Source: an uncultured Pseudoalteromonadaceae bacterium (GTDB lineage Bacteria; Pseudomonadota; Gammaproteobacteria; Enterobacterales; Alteromonadaceae). Taken from it: DNA of 64,000 nt. The stretch lies in assembly GCA_964640795.1 (NCBI GenBank), contig CAZXIN010000003.1, forward strand, positions 60,262-124,261, in the 5' to 3' direction. The translations under genes were made by a program, and so were the position numbers. Shown here piece after piece: positions 1 to 9,024 of the stretch (position 1 is its first letter; every line of letters begins with the position of its first letter). The notes under the pieces were generated by a model. It had not been told where the DNA came from. It searched no databases and saw only the letters and a list, made by a program, of their open reading frames with translations.

Positions 1-1468
1 CTTCATCAACAAGCTCCAGATCTGAGCTGTCTATATTGACTTCATTTGTCTCAGCTTCCTCCTCCGCATCATCGCTACCGGTAGCGATGCGCAGTTCTCG
101 TATGATGAGGTCTTCATCTGTACCAAAAGGCTGTTCAGGTGAGGGAGCATCAACACTGACGGTAATAGTATCTATTGATACATCGCCTCTGCTTCCGTCG
201 TTCACTTCACCTGAGAGCCTGAGTTGAAAAGGCGTCAGTACGAAGTCACTCAAATCAACCACAGCCTTACTCCAGCTGACACCCGATGTATGTTGTTCGC
301 CCTCTCGTAGCCACAACTGTTGCCATGATTCGCCATTGTCGGTCGTAATTTCAAAAGCTAACGACCCGATGTCATCACCGTACATTAGATAGAAAAACTC
401 AGCGTATGCTGTTGGTTGACTAGTGAAGTCGTAACAAGGACTGAGTAGATTAACTTTGTCGTTAGGTAGCAGTAGGCTGTTCCCTGAGTCGATATGAATA
501 AAGCTATGTCCTTCTACAGGACCATTAGCGCCTGTACTTGAGCTGTCTGTGTCAAAGTCGAACGCCCAGTTAAAATTGTCGTTGAAGGCATCTTGCGTCC
601 AAATGTTCGGCGCAAGCTCGTCATTGTAGTTAAGCCCATCGCGATGTGGGAATTGAGTGACTAGGCTGGAGTTTGCACAAGTTGGATTGTTTCCTTCTCC
701 ATATTTGTCATGTAGATGAAACTTGTCGGTAGCTAAGATCTTAGCTATACGCCTGAACTGTTGAGGGCTATACCGGCTGCGGCAAACATTCTGTCCTCTA
801 CCCATGTAGTTAAAACCATCAGGGTTAAAGGCGGTCCCTTCACTGTCTGTATCATCGGCTTGATAGATACATTCACTGTAGTTGCTGCGGCTACCCGGAT
901 CGACAGGGGTGTCTATTAAGCCGTCACCATAGCGCCAACCTAATACGCCTTCTTGCTCTCGTATTGGAGCATCATCAACACCAGAGAATGTATGTCTTAA
1001 GCTAACATTGTGCCCAAACTCATGAATGATAGTGGTCGTTGCTAAATTTTCGGGCTCCACTTCTATGGTATCTGTCGCTTCTTCATGCCGATAGGCGTGA
1101 CCATTTGAACCGTCTAAATCAGCGACAATGATATTGAGGTTTCCGTAAATAAAGAAAGGTCTGGCATCTTCTTCGTCATCGGTATTCCAATCACCATCGT
1201 TAATTCCCGGAACATCTTCACTCGTCACATAGGTGATGTTCTCAATAACAAAGTTGACGTCTATAGGTGCATAACCAGTATTTAGCTGGTTTAGACCGTC
1301 CTGTAAGTCGCTTAATGAAGCTTGAGCCTCAGTACCATCGTTGTCGCTTGCAGCAACAATATAGTGAATGGGAATAGTGATATCTGCAAAGCTAAAAGCA
1401 CTAAAACAAAGTGCTGAAGCCGCGACAGATGTGATTGCAAAGCTGAGTTTTTTCTTCTTATTTGGCAT
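1..1468 (-). CDS. Secreted M43 (pappalysin-like) zinc metalloprotease with MAM domain; runs off the window start (3' partial)
   Basis: Not in the ORF track because there is no stop in the window; translated by hand from ATG at 1468. Signal peptide MPNKKKKLSFAITSVAASALCFSAFSFA, zinc motif HEFGHNVSLRH, Met-turn FNYMG, MAM-like segment (WAFDFDTDSSSTG...LLSPCYDF...FFYLMYGDDIGSL...WSKAVVDLS), then DDAEE...SSDLELVD. The frame is open to base 1. Confidence 0.85.
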   Translation of the reverse strand, partial: MPNKKKKLSFAITSVAASALCFSAFSFADITIPIHYIVAASDNDGTEAQASLSDLQDGLNQLNTGYAPIDVNFVIENITYVTSEDVPGINDGDWNTDDEEDARPFFIYGNLNIIVADLDGSNGHAYRHEEATDTIEVEPENLATTTIIHEFGHNVSLRHTFSGVDDAPIREQEGVLGWRYGDGLIDTPVDPGSRSNYSECIYQADDTDSEGTAFNPDGFNYMGRGQNVCRSRYSPQQFRRIAKILATDKFHLHDKYGEGNNPTCANSSLVTQFPHRDGLNYNDELAPNIWTQDAFNDNFNWAFDFDTDSSSTGANGPVEGHSFIHIDSGNSLLLPNDKVNLLSPCYDFTSQPTAYAEFFYLMYGDDIGSLAFEITTDNGESWQQLWLREGEQHTSGVSWSKAVVDLSDFVLTPFQLRLSGEVNDGSRGDVSIDTITVSVDAPSPEQPFGTDEDLIIRELRIATGSDDAEEEAETNEVNIDSSDLELVDE

Positions 1469-1540
1469 AGGATGCTTCCCCGTTATTAATAGTCAACTTG
1501 TATTAATAAAGGTATATCTTTGCAGGGAGCTCAGGACAAT

Positions 1541-1600
1541 ATAGTACACATCCTTTTTAGCTCTTTTATTGCTCGCTTAGTTATCTCTTTTATATCTCTT
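1541..1600 (-). promoter_or_regulatory. Candidate promoter with phased direct repeats upstream of the M43 protease
   Basis: Minus-strand AAGAG/AAGCG repeats (plus-strand C(T/G)CTT at 1561, 1574, 1585, 1596; spacing 13, 11, 11 bp) just upstream of a -10-like TACTAT at 1541-1546. Confidence 0.45.
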
Positions 1601-1636
1601 AAAGCTCTCCAGAGAGGGTAGCGAGTGATACTCAGT

Positions 1637-3763
1637 TCATTGTATGAGAGGGTGTTGTAAAATCTTAATATCTGATTGAGGGTATGCGGCATTGGTAAAT
1701 AAAAGACTGCTATCGAGCGTGTTAATTGACAATCCTTTAACACCCTGAAATGCAGATAACTGAGACAATTCAGTAAATGATTTTTCTTCTAAATCATAGT
1801 GCATGAAGCGGTATTGGTTATTTTTACTTTGTCGATAATAAACCCCATTCTTGTGAAGAACCCAATAATATCGAGTGTTAAAGTGCCTGCGCCTAAGCAG
1901 GCGTGTTGGTTCGTCTTCGCTGCTCAAGTTTTGTTGCCATAAGCGGCCATTGCTTGAAACATAAATGAGTGATGTGTCTGAGATCATATAGCCATAACGC
2001 CCACGATTAAATGTTAGGCGGCTAGGTTCACCGCCAGAGAGTGGGAAGCGGTAGAGTTCTGTTCTGTTATCTTTTGATACGGCTGAAATAATAGCGTCGT
2101 CGTTGAAGCCCCAAGTTGGCCTAGCATGATATTTAAAGCTTGTCTCTAGCAGCGAAACTTGGTTTTTGTGTATGTCTACAATACCAACCTGATATCCTTC
2201 GGTGTCCTTATCTCGTTGAAGAAATGCAATTTTTTGACCGTCATGAGACCAGCGAGGGTACTTTAGTTCTTGACCTTGCTTTGTCAGCTGTTGCCTGTTG
2301 AGTCCTTTGTTATCTGACAACCATAACTCATATTGCCCTGACTCATTAGATACGTAAACTATTTGATTGGAAGCTGAAGAGTAGTCAGGGTAACTATGGC
2401 TAAAATCCGACAACATGAAAGGTTGGACGTTACTAGGAGAATCAGGCAATAAACTTAAACTTGCTATATGATAGTTTTCTATGTGTTGTTGGTAAAATAG
2501 CTCTCCTGAGGCCATCGAAAAAGCAGGGTAACTAAATCCATCAATATTGAGTGGGTTTTGCTTTTTTGAGGCAACGTCAATGACATATCCGCCTCTTATA
2601 TCGGCATTTTGTGACGCATAAACTAAAGACTCTCCCTTGGGATGCCAGGTTAAGCCTAATATGTCACTTTCACCAAAAGTCAGCTGTTCTTCTCGACCGT
2701 TTTGTAGGTCAACCAAGTAAATATTTTCACTGTTGTCGTTATTGCGACGGCTGATGGCGATTTGTTTACCATCAGGAGAGAAAGCCATGTCCCTGTCTTT
2801 GGAGTCGCAGTTTTCTAAGCATGAAAAACGAACAGGCGCATCAGAAAGGTCATCCAAGTTTTTGAAGTAAATGCCGCTGTTTTTATTGTCTTTGTCTCTT
2901 CCAATATAAGCTAAAGTACTGCCATCAGGCGATATGTCGATATATTGGTAGCCGCTACTGCTGCTGCAATTAGCAATTGGAGTTTCAACATGAGTAGATA
3001 GTGTTACTCGCCTGATTTGGCAATACGGTTTAGTGCGATTCTGACTACTGAAATAGAGGTGCTTTTCATCTGGGCTCCAAACAGAGAACCCTTCTTTTGC
3101 ATCGCTATTGGTTAATTGTTTGGGAGGTGCGTCTGGATATTGTCTATCTTGCATATATAAATTGATATCGCCAGCAGAGTTTATCCATTGATAAGAGATG
3201 AATCTGCCACTGGGTGATGGTGCAACAAAGAGCTCACTGCCAGGGTGTTTAGTAAGATGCTTTATATTGAGTATGGGTTGGTTAAGAGGAAGAAGGGATG
3301 TTGAAGTTAAGTATATAACAGTAAAAATCGCAGCAATAAATAGAGTGCTTATTTTGACTATTGGATAACTTAGCCATAGCTTTTTAAGTGTTAGATAGTT
3401 GCTTTTGGGTTGAGCCTCTTGAAGTGTTGGAGCATCTAACCATTGTGGTTTAATCAATAGTCTATACCCAGCCTTTCTGACGGTTTCTATTATAGGGGCA
3501 TCAGTCTCTTGATTTTTGAGATCTTGTCTTAGATGCCAGATAGTGTTGGTGAGAGGCTTTCCCCCTATGCTTGGATCATTAGACCAAAATAATTTTATTA
3601 ACTCTTGCCTAGTGATAATTTTGGGGTATTGCTGAGCTAGGTAACTTAAAACCGCCATTTGCTTCGGCTGAATAGTATGTGTCGTTCCATTGTCAAAATG
3701 AATCGAAAAATCACAAGGCTGGACGACACAGTCGCCAACCTTAAAAGCATTTTCTGTGCTCAT
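1637..3763 (-). CDS. CadC/ToxR-like membrane-anchored regulator: winged-helix domain + TM + TolB-like (PD40) beta-propeller
   Basis: N-terminal OmpR-type wHTH (IQPKQMAVLSYL...IETVRKAGYRL), one hydrophobic helix (ISTLFIAAIFTVIYL), then repeated xSPDG/WSPD/WHP propeller motifs. Confidence 0.88.
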   Translation of the reverse strand: MSTENAFKVGDCVVQPCDFSIHFDNGTTHTIQPKQMAVLSYLAQQYPKIITRQELIKLFWSNDPSIGGKPLTNTIWHLRQDLKNQETDAPIIETVRKAGYRLLIKPQWLDAPTLQEAQPKSNYLTLKKLWLSYPIVKISTLFIAAIFTVIYLTSTSLLPLNQPILNIKHLTKHPGSELFVAPSPSGRFISYQWINSAGDINLYMQDRQYPDAPPKQLTNSDAKEGFSVWSPDEKHLYFSSQNRTKPYCQIRRVTLSTHVETPIANCSSSSGYQYIDISPDGSTLAYIGRDKDNKNSGIYFKNLDDLSDAPVRFSCLENCDSKDRDMAFSPDGKQIAISRRNNDNSENIYLVDLQNGREEQLTFGESDILGLTWHPKGESLVYASQNADIRGGYVIDVASKKQNPLNIDGFSYPAFSMASGELFYQQHIENYHIASLSLLPDSPSNVQPFMLSDFSHSYPDYSSASNQIVYVSNESGQYELWLSDNKGLNRQQLTKQGQELKYPRWSHDGQKIAFLQRDKDTEGYQVGIVDIHKNQVSLLETSFKYHARPTWGFNDDAIISAVSKDNRTELYRFPLSGGEPSRLTFNRGRYGYMISDTSLIYVSSNGRLWQQNLSSEDEPTRLLRRRHFNTRYYWVLHKNGVYYRQSKNNQYRFMHYDLEEKSFTELSQLSAFQGVKGLSINTLDSSLLFTNAAYPQSDIKILQHPLIQ

Positions 3764-3975
3764 TTAATCTATTTTCCGAGAATTTGTATGTCTAATAGCA
3801 TTAAGGTTTTGCCCTAACCGATGTTAAGTGTAAATCAGCTCGACCAGTAATCATTTATCCTGTAGTAAGCGGCAATATATTACTGCAGTCTCGTGTAGAT
3901 TGGTATTGTAAACTTGTTAAAATTGGATAGGAAATCACACGCTATATGGGCTCTGGCATCGCAAATTACTGTTTA

Positions 3976-4326
3976 TCAAACAAAGGCAACCCATTCGTCT
4001 AATAAGTGCTTAAAATCAATCAGGCCGAAGCCACAGATAGGTTGAGAATTATCTGTTTGACCGATAAATTCTGGGTGAGATACTTCGTTATCATTGAGGA
4101 AAAGCTCGACTTCGTCTTGTTCAAAAATAAGATGGTAAATTTTTCCATTGTGTTGGTAATGTGAGCGTTGTCGATTGAGTAATTGCTTGGTGATATCAAT
4201 GATTAATTTAGCTTGCTGGTTATCTTTTGCTAGATCATTGGTTAACCAGTCGCCGAGTGCTTCATATTCCAAATCACATATAGCTAAGGGGTTGCCTAAC
4301 AAGTCATGTTTAAATTGGTAATCCAT
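3976..4326 (-). CDS. yacL: YacL (UPF0231) family protein
   Basis: MDYQFKHDLLG...EALGDWL...CGFGLIDFKHLLDEW pattern typical of YacL; start overlaps the upstream stop (TGATG). Confidence 0.7.
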   Translation of the reverse strand: MDYQFKHDLLGNPLAICDLEYEALGDWLTNDLAKDNQQAKLIIDITKQLLNRQRSHYQHNGKIYHLIFEQDEVELFLNDNEVSHPEFIGQTDNSQPICGFGLIDFKHLLDEWVAFV

Positions 4327-4856
4327 CAGTTTTTTAGCCTTTTGTCTTCGTTGAAAACATAGCCTGTATGCTCCAGCTCAGTGAGATACACTCTGACATC
4401 AAACTCTATTTGATGATAATCAGGCAACATATGTTGGCAGAGCTTGTAAAAAGCCTTGTTGTGTTGCTTTTCTTTCAGGTGAGCTAACTCATGTACCACT
4501 ATCATATTTAAGAATGGTTCTGGTGTATGCTTGAATAGGGTGCTCACCCTCAGCTCATTTTTACTTTTAAGTTTATTGCCCTGAACTCGTGATACATAGC
4601 TATGTAAGCCTAATGCGTGATTAACAATGTGTATTTCACTGTCGTACTTAACCATACTCAACGGCTGTGATTTCTTCATGTAAAGGTTTTTTAGTGACAT
4701 GACATAAGTACGTAGTTCATTGTCATTTGCAACATGATGAGTGGTTGAGTATCGATTTCTTAACCAGTCTCCCAGCTTATTTTGCTCCAATAATTGTTGG
4801 ATATCACGTTGTAAATGGGCTGCGTAATGCGCCAAGTAAGGCAATGGATGTTGCAT
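4326..4856 (-). CDS. ygjP: YgjP-like metal-dependent hydrolase (DUF45/M48-like)
   Basis: MIVVHELAHLKEKQHNKAFYKLC motif; N-terminal LPYLAHY typical of YgjP. Confidence 0.85.
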   Translation of the reverse strand: MQHPLPYLAHYAAHLQRDIQQLLEQNKLGDWLRNRYSTTHHVANDNELRTYVMSLKNLYMKKSQPLSMVKYDSEIHIVNHALGLHSYVSRVQGNKLKSKNELRVSTLFKHTPEPFLNMIVVHELAHLKEKQHNKAFYKLCQHMLPDYHQIEFDVRVYLTELEHTGYVFNEDKRLKN

Positions 4857-4970
4857 AGTAGTCGATAATACCCCTCAGTTTGGATGCAGTTTACTTGGTT
4901 TTTTGTTGGACTAAGAGCCTTATGTTGTATTAATAGTTGCTTTTTTTGTTGTAGAAATTGAGATTAACTA

Positions 4971-5000
4971 TTGACATGCAACCATTTGGTTGCCCATGAT
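4971..5000 (+). promoter_or_regulatory. Sigma70-like promoter with palindromic operator GCAACC-N4-GGTTGC
   Basis: TTGACA at 4971-4976, perfect inverted repeat at 4978-4993, -10-like CATGAT at 4995-5000, upstream of the ArsR gene. Confidence 0.7.
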
Positions 5001-5328
5001 TGGTTATAACATAAGCGGATTCAGTATGGACATATTTAAAGCGTTGGCAGACGTTAATAGGCGCAGGATTATAGAAGCCTTGTACCGGCAAGAAAGGTTA
5101 TCGATTAAACAACTAACGGCAGGTTCCTCAATGACGAGGCAAGCTATCACCAAGCATTTGAATATTTTAATTCGCGCTAAAGTTGTTATTGCTGAATTTT
5201 CTGGGAAAGAGCGACTACACAGTCTTAACCCTAAAGCGGTGAAAGTACTGATGGACTGGCTAGCACCATTTGCGCAGCAGTGGGATGCTCGCCTTAATCA
5301 TCTGTCTGAACATTTGGGAGATAAATAA
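4990..5328 (+). CDS. ArsR/SmtB family transcriptional regulator (likely start ATG 5026)
   Basis: FKALADVNRRRII...MTRQAITKHLNIL...GKERLHSLN...W is the ArsR HTH subtype associated with SRPBCC genes. Confidence 0.9.
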   Translation: MPMIGYNISGFSMDIFKALADVNRRRIIEALYRQERLSIKQLTAGSSMTRQAITKHLNILIRAKVVIAEFSGKERLHSLNPKAVKVLMDWLAPFAQQWDARLNHLSEHLGDK

Positions 5329-5750
5329 TGCGTAATACGATAGATAATATTAAGCGAGAGCTAACTTTTGATAAACCGATAGAGGTTGTTTGGCGAGCCA
5401 TTACCGACCCTAAAGAAGTGACTTTGTGGTTTGGCTCTGCAGCAAACTTTGAGATGACAGAAGGCTCATTGGGGTATTTTGAATGGGAAGAAGAGTGTGA
5501 AGGTCGATTTGCCATGCGAGTTGAGTCTATTGATGCACCACATTATTTTGCTTGGCGGTGGATGTACAATCAAGGTGTCCCTTTTGATGCCCAGACATCG
5601 ACATTGGTCGAATGGCAATTAACTTCATTGCAAGATGGTAAAACCAGACTTTTACTAACAGAATCTGGATTTGTTGAAATAAAACATAGATTGCAAAACG
5701 TTGATGGTTGGATAGAAGAGCTGGAGGATTTACAGAGTTATTTACTGTGA
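5328..5750 (+). CDS. SRPBCC/AHSA1 domain protein
   Basis: KPIEVVWRAITDP..W...FAWRW...TLVEWQL...TRLLLTESGF...GW; TAATG-coupled to ArsR. Confidence 0.9.
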   Translation: MRNTIDNIKRELTFDKPIEVVWRAITDPKEVTLWFGSAANFEMTEGSLGYFEWEEECEGRFAMRVESIDAPHYFAWRWMYNQGVPFDAQTSTLVEWQLTSLQDGKTRLLLTESGFVEIKHRLQNVDGWIEELEDLQSYLL

Positions 5751-5942
5751 TTGAATCGTTGTTATTGGGGGTGAAGTTGTTGATGGCAGAGCGATTCTCT
5801 TGGCGGCACGACTCTTTGATTATATGTAGACAATCTTATTGATTAAAAATAGTCGGAGCCATGTTTTAAATTGGCATCTGTGCTCTTAGCGTATTCGTTT
5901 AGCTATAGCCTATATTAGTACCTTGCACTCGTTACTGGCTTG

Positions 5943-7130
5943 TCATTTTTTTTGATTGCTAGACTTGTCTGTTGTGAAATCTTGCTCTGCAAGCCGCTCT
6001 AAAAACTTAATGTTGTCTTGTTCATTTGGGGGACGAAAATTAAGTTGATCTGGCGCCATTAATTCTGGCTTGAATACTTGCAAGTCCGTCTCTTGACTTT
6101 TTATAAGCCAATCCCTTGTTTGTTGGTCTTGATCTATTTTTTTTAATGAATCCATGAATCTCAGCTGATTATCTTTTTTGTCTTGCGTTATTTTCTGTAA
6201 CGCAGCCTGAATAGATATCTCTGAAGGGGCTGTTGTTAGCTCATCCACTTGAATCGGTTTGATAGGCATGGTTGGCTCTTGAGGCAATGCGTAGATATCT
6301 TTTGCTACGCTATTTGCTTGTGGATTGTTTTGGTTTGTTGATGGCTCTATAACAACAAAGTCTGGTTCAGGCGCATTAAATATCTCATTGAGCTTTGTGG
6401 CGGCTTGAATAACAAACAAAAAGGCGATTATATAAAGGAATGCGGTAGAGACTCTTGAGTTGTCTTTTGCTGGTGGCCGATTCCTCTGTTGTTTGGTATT
6501 TTGACTTTTTTGATGATTCGTATTGACGTTTTTGAGGTGAAACTCTGACGGTTTTGAGTTAATTGGTAAGGCTTGATTCATGACGAGATCAATTGCGTCA
6601 GCTGAAAAGTTTCTGGCCAACTCAAGCTCGTTACTACCCCAGTTAAATAAGTCTATTAATCTTTGGATAAAAGATGGTGGTATATAAACGTTAATATCTT
6701 GGCGGGTAAAATGTTCAGCAATAATGTAGAAAACGTAGTTGCTTATTAACTGCCGAAACTCCATTGAACGGAGTTCTGGTACCTCCAGCAAAATATCCCA
6801 AGCTCGTTTATCTGTTCTTTGCTGATGGTGTTGGAGTAGTGCTTGTAACGAGCTTAAAAACTCTTCGGCTTTAAGCTTGATATTATCGTTGTGATTGTCG
6901 GTAGGAGCTTGTTCATTTTCTCTGTCCAGATCAACTTGTAATATCTCTGGTTCAGGTCTTGTGATGTTTCCTTTTGCGAGCTGTAGCGCTTCTTTATAAG
7001 CTAGATTAAGTGTTTGAAATTCCTCGGGCTGATCTTCCGGGTGGCATTGCTTTAGTTGTTTTGCATAAGCTCTTTTTATGTCTTTTGTATTTGATGTGGC
7101 ATCAATAGCGAGTCGTTCCCAACAATCCAT
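5943..7130 (-). CDS. J-domain co-chaperone (DjlB/DjlC-like, HPE motif) with a C-terminal TM segment
   Basis: N-terminal J domain CWERLAI...DIKRAYAKQLKQCHPEDQPEEFQTL; hydrophobic AFLYIIAFLFVIQAA; starts 3 bp after hscC. Confidence 0.8.
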   Translation of the reverse strand: MDCWERLAIDATSNTKDIKRAYAKQLKQCHPEDQPEEFQTLNLAYKEALQLAKGNITRPEPEILQVDLDRENEQAPTDNHNDNIKLKAEEFLSSLQALLQHHQQRTDKRAWDILLEVPELRSMEFRQLISNYVFYIIAEHFTRQDINVYIPPSFIQRLIDLFNWGSNELELARNFSADAIDLVMNQALPINSKPSEFHLKNVNTNHQKSQNTKQQRNRPPAKDNSRVSTAFLYIIAFLFVIQAATKLNEIFNAPEPDFVVIEPSTNQNNPQANSVAKDIYALPQEPTMPIKPIQVDELTTAPSEISIQAALQKITQDKKDNQLRFMDSLKKIDQDQQTRDWLIKSQETDLQVFKPELMAPDQLNFRPPNEQDNIKFLERLAEQDFTTDKSSNQKK

Positions 7131-7133
7131 GTT

Positions 7134-8831
7134 TTACCCTCTGTGCTCAATGTCATCTATGATCGTATTGACTTTTTCACGGGCTTCATTGATTAAACCC
7201 TCGTCCTGAGTATGCAATACCTGCTCAAATTGATTAAGAATATTGGCGAGGTATTCGCGAGTTTCCCCTAGGCGTTCTTCATAAAGACGTTCGATTCTGC
7301 TTATTGTCAGGCTATTGGCAGCGCGCTCTCTTGGTAGGATCTTAATATCGTCCAATGCTTTCATGCGCTTTTTAATTTCGTCGGCGGAGAGGTTATTAGA
7401 TGCGTTATTAATCAGCAACGTCTTACTTTCCTCTGTGCCTCCTATTTTGAGCTTTACTTCCAAAATGCCGTTGACATCATAGGTGAACCTAATATCAACA
7501 AATTGCTGGCCAGCTTTGGCTTTAGGTACAGACGCTTCAATCCTACCTAAATTCACGTTATTAGTGGTCAGGCGACTTTCTCCTTGGAAAATTTCACAAA
7601 CAATGGAGTCTTGGTTGTCGTAAATTGAATAGAGGCGCTTTTCACGGCTTAGTGGCACAGTCATGTTTCTTTCTATAACAGGTAAGAAATGTCCTGATTC
7701 ATACTGCTGATTATTCCTTAAAACAGCAATTTCTACGCCTAGCGTATAGGGACAGACATCTGTGAGTACGACATCTTTAAATACACGGTCTCTGTCTTTT
7801 AGTGCTGCCTGAACAGCTGTTCCTTGAGCAACAACTTGATCGGGGTCAATACCACTCGATGGTAGTCTTCTAAATAGTTTGGAAACTTCTGTCCTAACCC
7901 ATGACATGCGTGTTGCGCCGCCTACTAGAATGACATTGTCCAATTCATCTATTGCAATACCACTGTCGTTTAATGCTCGTTCAATTGGCTGAACAAACCG
8001 AGTGATAAGAGGAGCAATCGCTTCTTCAAATTGATTTCTTGAACATGCCCAATGGTAGGTTTTACCATCCAATTGGATGTCAAATTCAGCTTGATGTTGA
8101 GTCGCCAAGTCATGTTTAAGCGCTTCAATTTTTACTTGTAGTTGTGAAAGTTCGGTTTTTGATAGTTTCTGTTCAACCAATTTATTTTGAGTTAAGAAAA
8201 GCTGCTTTAATGACGCAGTGAAATCCTCGCCTCCCAAAAAGTTGTCGCCTGCTGACGCTCTAACTTCGATCACACCCTCAAAGATATCAAGAATAGAAAC
8301 GTCTAGAGTACCGCCACCAAGGTCGATCACCATGAACAGCTGTTCGCTTAGCTCTTCTCCAAAACCATAGGCTAAAGCCGCGGCTGTCGGTTCATTAACA
8401 AGCCTCTCAATTTTAAGCCCAGCCATTTCTCCGGCTGCTTTAGTTGCCGCTCTTTGGGTGTCATTAAAATAAGCTGGTACGCTAATTATCGCCTCTTCAA
8501 TAGAGGTTCCTAGGTATGACTCAGCATCTGCTTTTAGTTGTTTTAGTAGCAGTGCTGATAGTTCTTCGGGATAAAAGGATCGGGAGCCAAACTGGATAGA
8601 CTTCTTGGTCCCCATGTAACGTTTGAATGCTGCCATTGTAAGGTGAGGGTGGCTGACTAGCCTATTTTTAGCGGCTTGACCGATAATAATTTCTTGGTTG
8701 TCTTCATCAAAACTGATAACAGAGGGCGTTATCAGTTGGCCTGTGGCATTTGGAATAATAATAGGCTTCCCATCTTGCCATAAGCATGACAAGCTGTTTG
8801 TTGTTCCTAAATCAATACCTAATAGCGCCAT
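7134..8831 (-). CDS. hscC: Hsp70-family chaperone HscC (Hsc62)
   Basis: GIDLGTTNS, ISVPAYFND.QR, NEPTAAAL, DLGGGTLDVS, VILVGGATR; 565 aa with short C-terminus as in HscC. Confidence 0.9.
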   Translation of the reverse strand: MALLGIDLGTTNSLSCLWQDGKPIIIPNATGQLITPSVISFDEDNQEIIIGQAAKNRLVSHPHLTMAAFKRYMGTKKSIQFGSRSFYPEELSALLLKQLKADAESYLGTSIEEAIISVPAYFNDTQRAATKAAGEMAGLKIERLVNEPTAAALAYGFGEELSEQLFMVIDLGGGTLDVSILDIFEGVIEVRASAGDNFLGGEDFTASLKQLFLTQNKLVEQKLSKTELSQLQVKIEALKHDLATQHQAEFDIQLDGKTYHWACSRNQFEEAIAPLITRFVQPIERALNDSGIAIDELDNVILVGGATRMSWVRTEVSKLFRRLPSSGIDPDQVVAQGTAVQAALKDRDRVFKDVVLTDVCPYTLGVEIAVLRNNQQYESGHFLPVIERNMTVPLSREKRLYSIYDNQDSIVCEIFQGESRLTTNNVNLGRIEASVPKAKAGQQFVDIRFTYDVNGILEVKLKIGGTEESKTLLINNASNNLSADEIKKRMKALDDIKILPRERAANSLTISRIERLYEERLGETREYLANILNQFEQVLHTQDEGLINEAREKVNTIIDDIEHRG

Positions 8832-9024
8832 ATTTATTCCCTATCCATCAGCTTAGAGCTTTAATATAATGGGTTAAGGTCATTCACTCAACGCCCTTTT
8901 AATTTACCCTTTGAGGTATATTTTAAGGAGTATCCGTTTTCAAGCGCTTCGTTGGCCTTCTTTGATTGCATTAACGAAAAGAGTCAATGTTCTTGAGGCC
9001 ACGGTTTTAAGTGTTTTTGTTGAG

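Noticed and set aside
36-227. 63-aa plus-strand ORF in the track
   Set aside because: Antisense shadow of the real minus-strand M43/MAM gene (1-1468).
1531-1743. 70-aa minus-strand ORF overlapping the end of the wHTH gene
   Set aside because: Out-of-frame overlap running through the regulatory spacer; no RBS or motif.
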